DNA from: Oikopleura dioica
Lineage: Eukaryota; Animalia; Chordata
NCBI GenBank assembly: GCA_907165135.1
Contig: OU015566.1
Span: forward strand, 1,364,001 to 1,428,000
Length of the DNA stretch: 64,000 nucleotides
Direction of reading: 5' to 3'
Shown here: one piece after another, positions 61,301 to 64,000 of the stretch
How the letters are laid out: each line of letters begins with the position of its first letter
Position numbering within the stretch: the stretch's first letter is position 1
Position numbers and translations under genes: made by a program
The notes under the pieces: model-generated
Told to the model about the DNA's origin: nothing
Database searches by the model: none
What the model saw: the letters and a program-made list of their open reading frames with translations, nothing else

Positions 61301-64000
61301 CAGAGCTAGAACTGAGCCAGTTGCATGATTGATCCGCACCACAAGGATATCGGCCAGGATAAGTTGTTGCATCGCAGATATCTATCTTGACACATTCTGT
61401 TTCCGCTGCATTGTACTCGTATCCTTCTGGACAACGGCAGAAAAATGATCCCATGATATCGACACATTCTTCATCTGCTGCAGTGCAAGTGTGCTGATCG
61501 GTAGCGCATTCATCGATATTGTAGCAAATAAGACCATTTCCAGATGTTCCTTTGGCTTCGTAGCCGTCGATACAGCGGCAGTCCTTGACTGCTGAGCCGG
61601 CAACGCCTGTGTCGACGGTCATAAAGCACTCAAGAGTATTTGGATCAGCTAGAGGTGCGTAAGTGCCGCAGAAACTTGTATCGGTGCAAATGGGATCAAT
61701 GCAATCGTAGCCACCGTCAGTATCAGTGCAGTACTCCATACTATAACACTCATTATCTGAGTCGACAGTGCACTCGTTGATATTTGTGCAAGTGACTGCA
61801 TTTTCTCCGACACCAACTGTCCATCCGATCAAAGTATTTCCAACTATGTTATCACACTCGCAGTGATAGTAGCCAATGTCATTGACACACTTTGATCCCG
61901 TGACAGTCAAATCACATGGATCATTGTCACACTCGTTTATATCAACACAGCCAAGTGCTCCATCGTACTCGAATCCAGACGGACAGATACAAATTTCTGT
62001 CGCTGCATCTCCTATGATCTGAACCTCGCACTCTGAAGGTGGGTGATTGGCTACAGTCGAATCAACGCAAGTGTCGACGCTGCAAAGTTTCAAACATTCG
62101 TATGATCCATCAGTATTAATGCAATGCAGTCCACCGAGTGCTGAGCTGACAGAAGTTCCATCTAAGAAAGTGACTGAAGTCAAAGAGGCCCAATCAGGAT
62201 TGCAAGCATCGGTGTCTCCATCTTGAGGATCATTCGCGATGCCGTCTTCGCACTCGTTTATGTCTACACACTCAAGGTAAGGAGTAGCTGGATCTTTTTC
62301 ATTGTCGTAATATCCTTTTGGACAGTAGCAATTTACTCCCCCATCGAGATTTTCACATTCTGCTTCGATAGCTCCAGTGATTGCCCCACCAGCGTCGGTA
62401 GCGTCACAATAGTTAAGCGTTGAGCACTCATTGATGTCATCACATATTGAGCCATTAAACTCATATCCTTCATCACATATACATTTTTCTCCTTTTGCGG
62501 TTTTGTCAGTGGAGGGATCCACGTATCCATTGTGAATTCCCATCAGATAGAAAAGATTACCATCATGATCAACAACGCATCGACCATGATCCCCGCAAAC
62601 CGTATGATCAGTACACTCGTTATCGCATGTGTATGATCCATCCAAGTTGATGCAGTAATCGGCGCTAAGACAATTATGAAGAACTTGATTATTATAGGTT
62701 ATTTCATCACATTCATCGATGTCAGTGCAGCTGTATTGTTGAGTGATTTCATCGTATGATAAATCATAGCCAGGAAGACATGAGCAGTAAAAACTCCCAT
62801 CAGTATTGGTACACAGTTGACTCTGGTGACCATGGTCATCAAGGTTATCAAAGTTGCAGTTATGAGTGATTCTGACCGTGTCGCTATCAACATCGAGTCC
62901 TTGACATTCATCGACGTCTACGCAGCTAACATCACCAACATCCTTTGTTTTCCAGTCCGGAGAAAGAGCACTTCCGGCATTGTAAACATATCCCGTTTTA
63001 CAGTGGCACTGAGGTCCCGCTGTTGCGTCGAATTCACAGTACGTATGATCTCCAGTACAATCGACGCCAGCTGCACATTCCCAAGTGCACGAGTAACTTC
63101 CTTCGTTATCAGTGCAAAGACTGGCTGAAGTACATTCGATAGAAACATCATTCCATAGCGGATTCGCGACAGATGTAGTCGCAGCTTCATTATTTACACT
63201 ATCGGCGCACTCGTTGATATCGATGCACTCAATATCTGGGCTTGTCGGGTCGAGTCCAGTGTTCGGATCTTTCATGTATCCATGAGCGCAATCAATGTAG
63301 TATGATCCAAGTGTATTGACACATTTGAACGGAGTTAATCGATGATCGTTTTTATTATTGACGTTGATTGTCTCGTTTTCCGACTCAATTTTCACGCAGA
63401 TGTTATCAGCAGTAGCAGCGCCATTTGTATCCTCGATGTTTTTACAAAAGCCGACGTTACAATCGTTGTTGACTGTATCAGTACATGTAATGTCGGTGAA
63501 ACCAGTGTACAGCGCGTTTGTGTTGAAACAGTCCCAAAGACCGTAAAGCTCGTCAGCTACACAATCAGCTGAACACTCATCAACATCGTTGCAAACGCCA
63601 GCATCAGTGTCTCGTTTGTAACCCTGGATGCAGTTGATTGTCACTCCGATCGTTCCCCAAGACCCGGTTTCTCTCCTTCTTCTTGATGACTCGATGTTTC
63701 CGGCCTCGTACTGTGCCCAATACTCTTCCCAAGTATGGACTCCATCAACAGTGCCGTTCAATCCCATTACACAGCGTTCTTTGTTTTCAAAGGTCGCAGT
63801 GCATGGAACTGGCTCACACTCCGGCGGGTAGCAATTTTCTTGAAGATAGTCCCAAGTGTCGTCCAAACATTCGTAATTTGGTGATCCGTCAAAAAAGCAC
63901 TTGTAGAGGTGCGAATTGATTTCCCATTTGAAGACATCTTGACACGTGATTTTCGGATCTTCGGAGCATTGATCAATTGTTCCACAGATAAATGCATCAG
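52329..64000 (-). CDS. Giant secreted fibrillin-like EGF/cbEGF-repeat protein with an internal SUEL (galactose/rhamnose-binding) lectin domain; 5' part lies beyond the window
   Basis: 2822-aa ORF, open to the window edge, with dozens of D(I/V)(N/D)EC cbEGF units alternating with plain EGF; SUEL-like LECPAGSTISVTYAAHGR..CKGQESCEF at ~60890-60590; about 9 further small exons; ends CVKPEPYNP*; no TB domain or TM recognised. Confidence 0.9.

Noticed and set aside
1-64000. tRNA, rRNA or snRNA genes and autonomous transposases or retroelements
   Set aside because: None recognised by eye. tRNAscan, Infernal or a transposase HMM search could still find divergent ones.

Overview
Eukaryotic, intron-rich and very compact DNA. 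The many 35-70 nt introns, GA/GC/GG-AG splice sites, acceptor-like signals right before ATGs, solitary posterior Hox gene, GH9 cellulases and catalytically dead PLA2-like gene point to a larvacean tunicate, most likely Oikopleura (inference, not a database result). About 18 genes are recognisable: a TSP1 membrane protein, arylsulfatase B-like, an FCS-zinc-finger/RS/coiled-coil protein, a likely EFCAB10-CEP78-RRM operon, ZCCHC7/Air, PTPN1/2-like, TMEM38-like, an AbdB-class Hox gene, two tandem GH9 genes, ceramide synthase, a CBM2-like module, PLA2-like, two ankyrin genes and a giant EGF/SUEL-lectin protein that runs off the window end. Many non-autonomous DNA transposons (MITEs, several with 8-bp TSDs, one piggyBac-like with TTAA) are present; no transposase was found. 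The main highlights: (1) two MITEs sit inside coding exons, and each has a splice route that restores the frame (one a precise GA-AG intron built from its own TSD, i.e. introner-like); (2) a probable CBM2-GH9 pseudo-enzyme gene carries the whole ceramide synthase gene antisense in one intron, next to an intact, probably membrane-anchored GH9. Gene models were assembled by eye, so boundaries are approximate unless stated otherwise.
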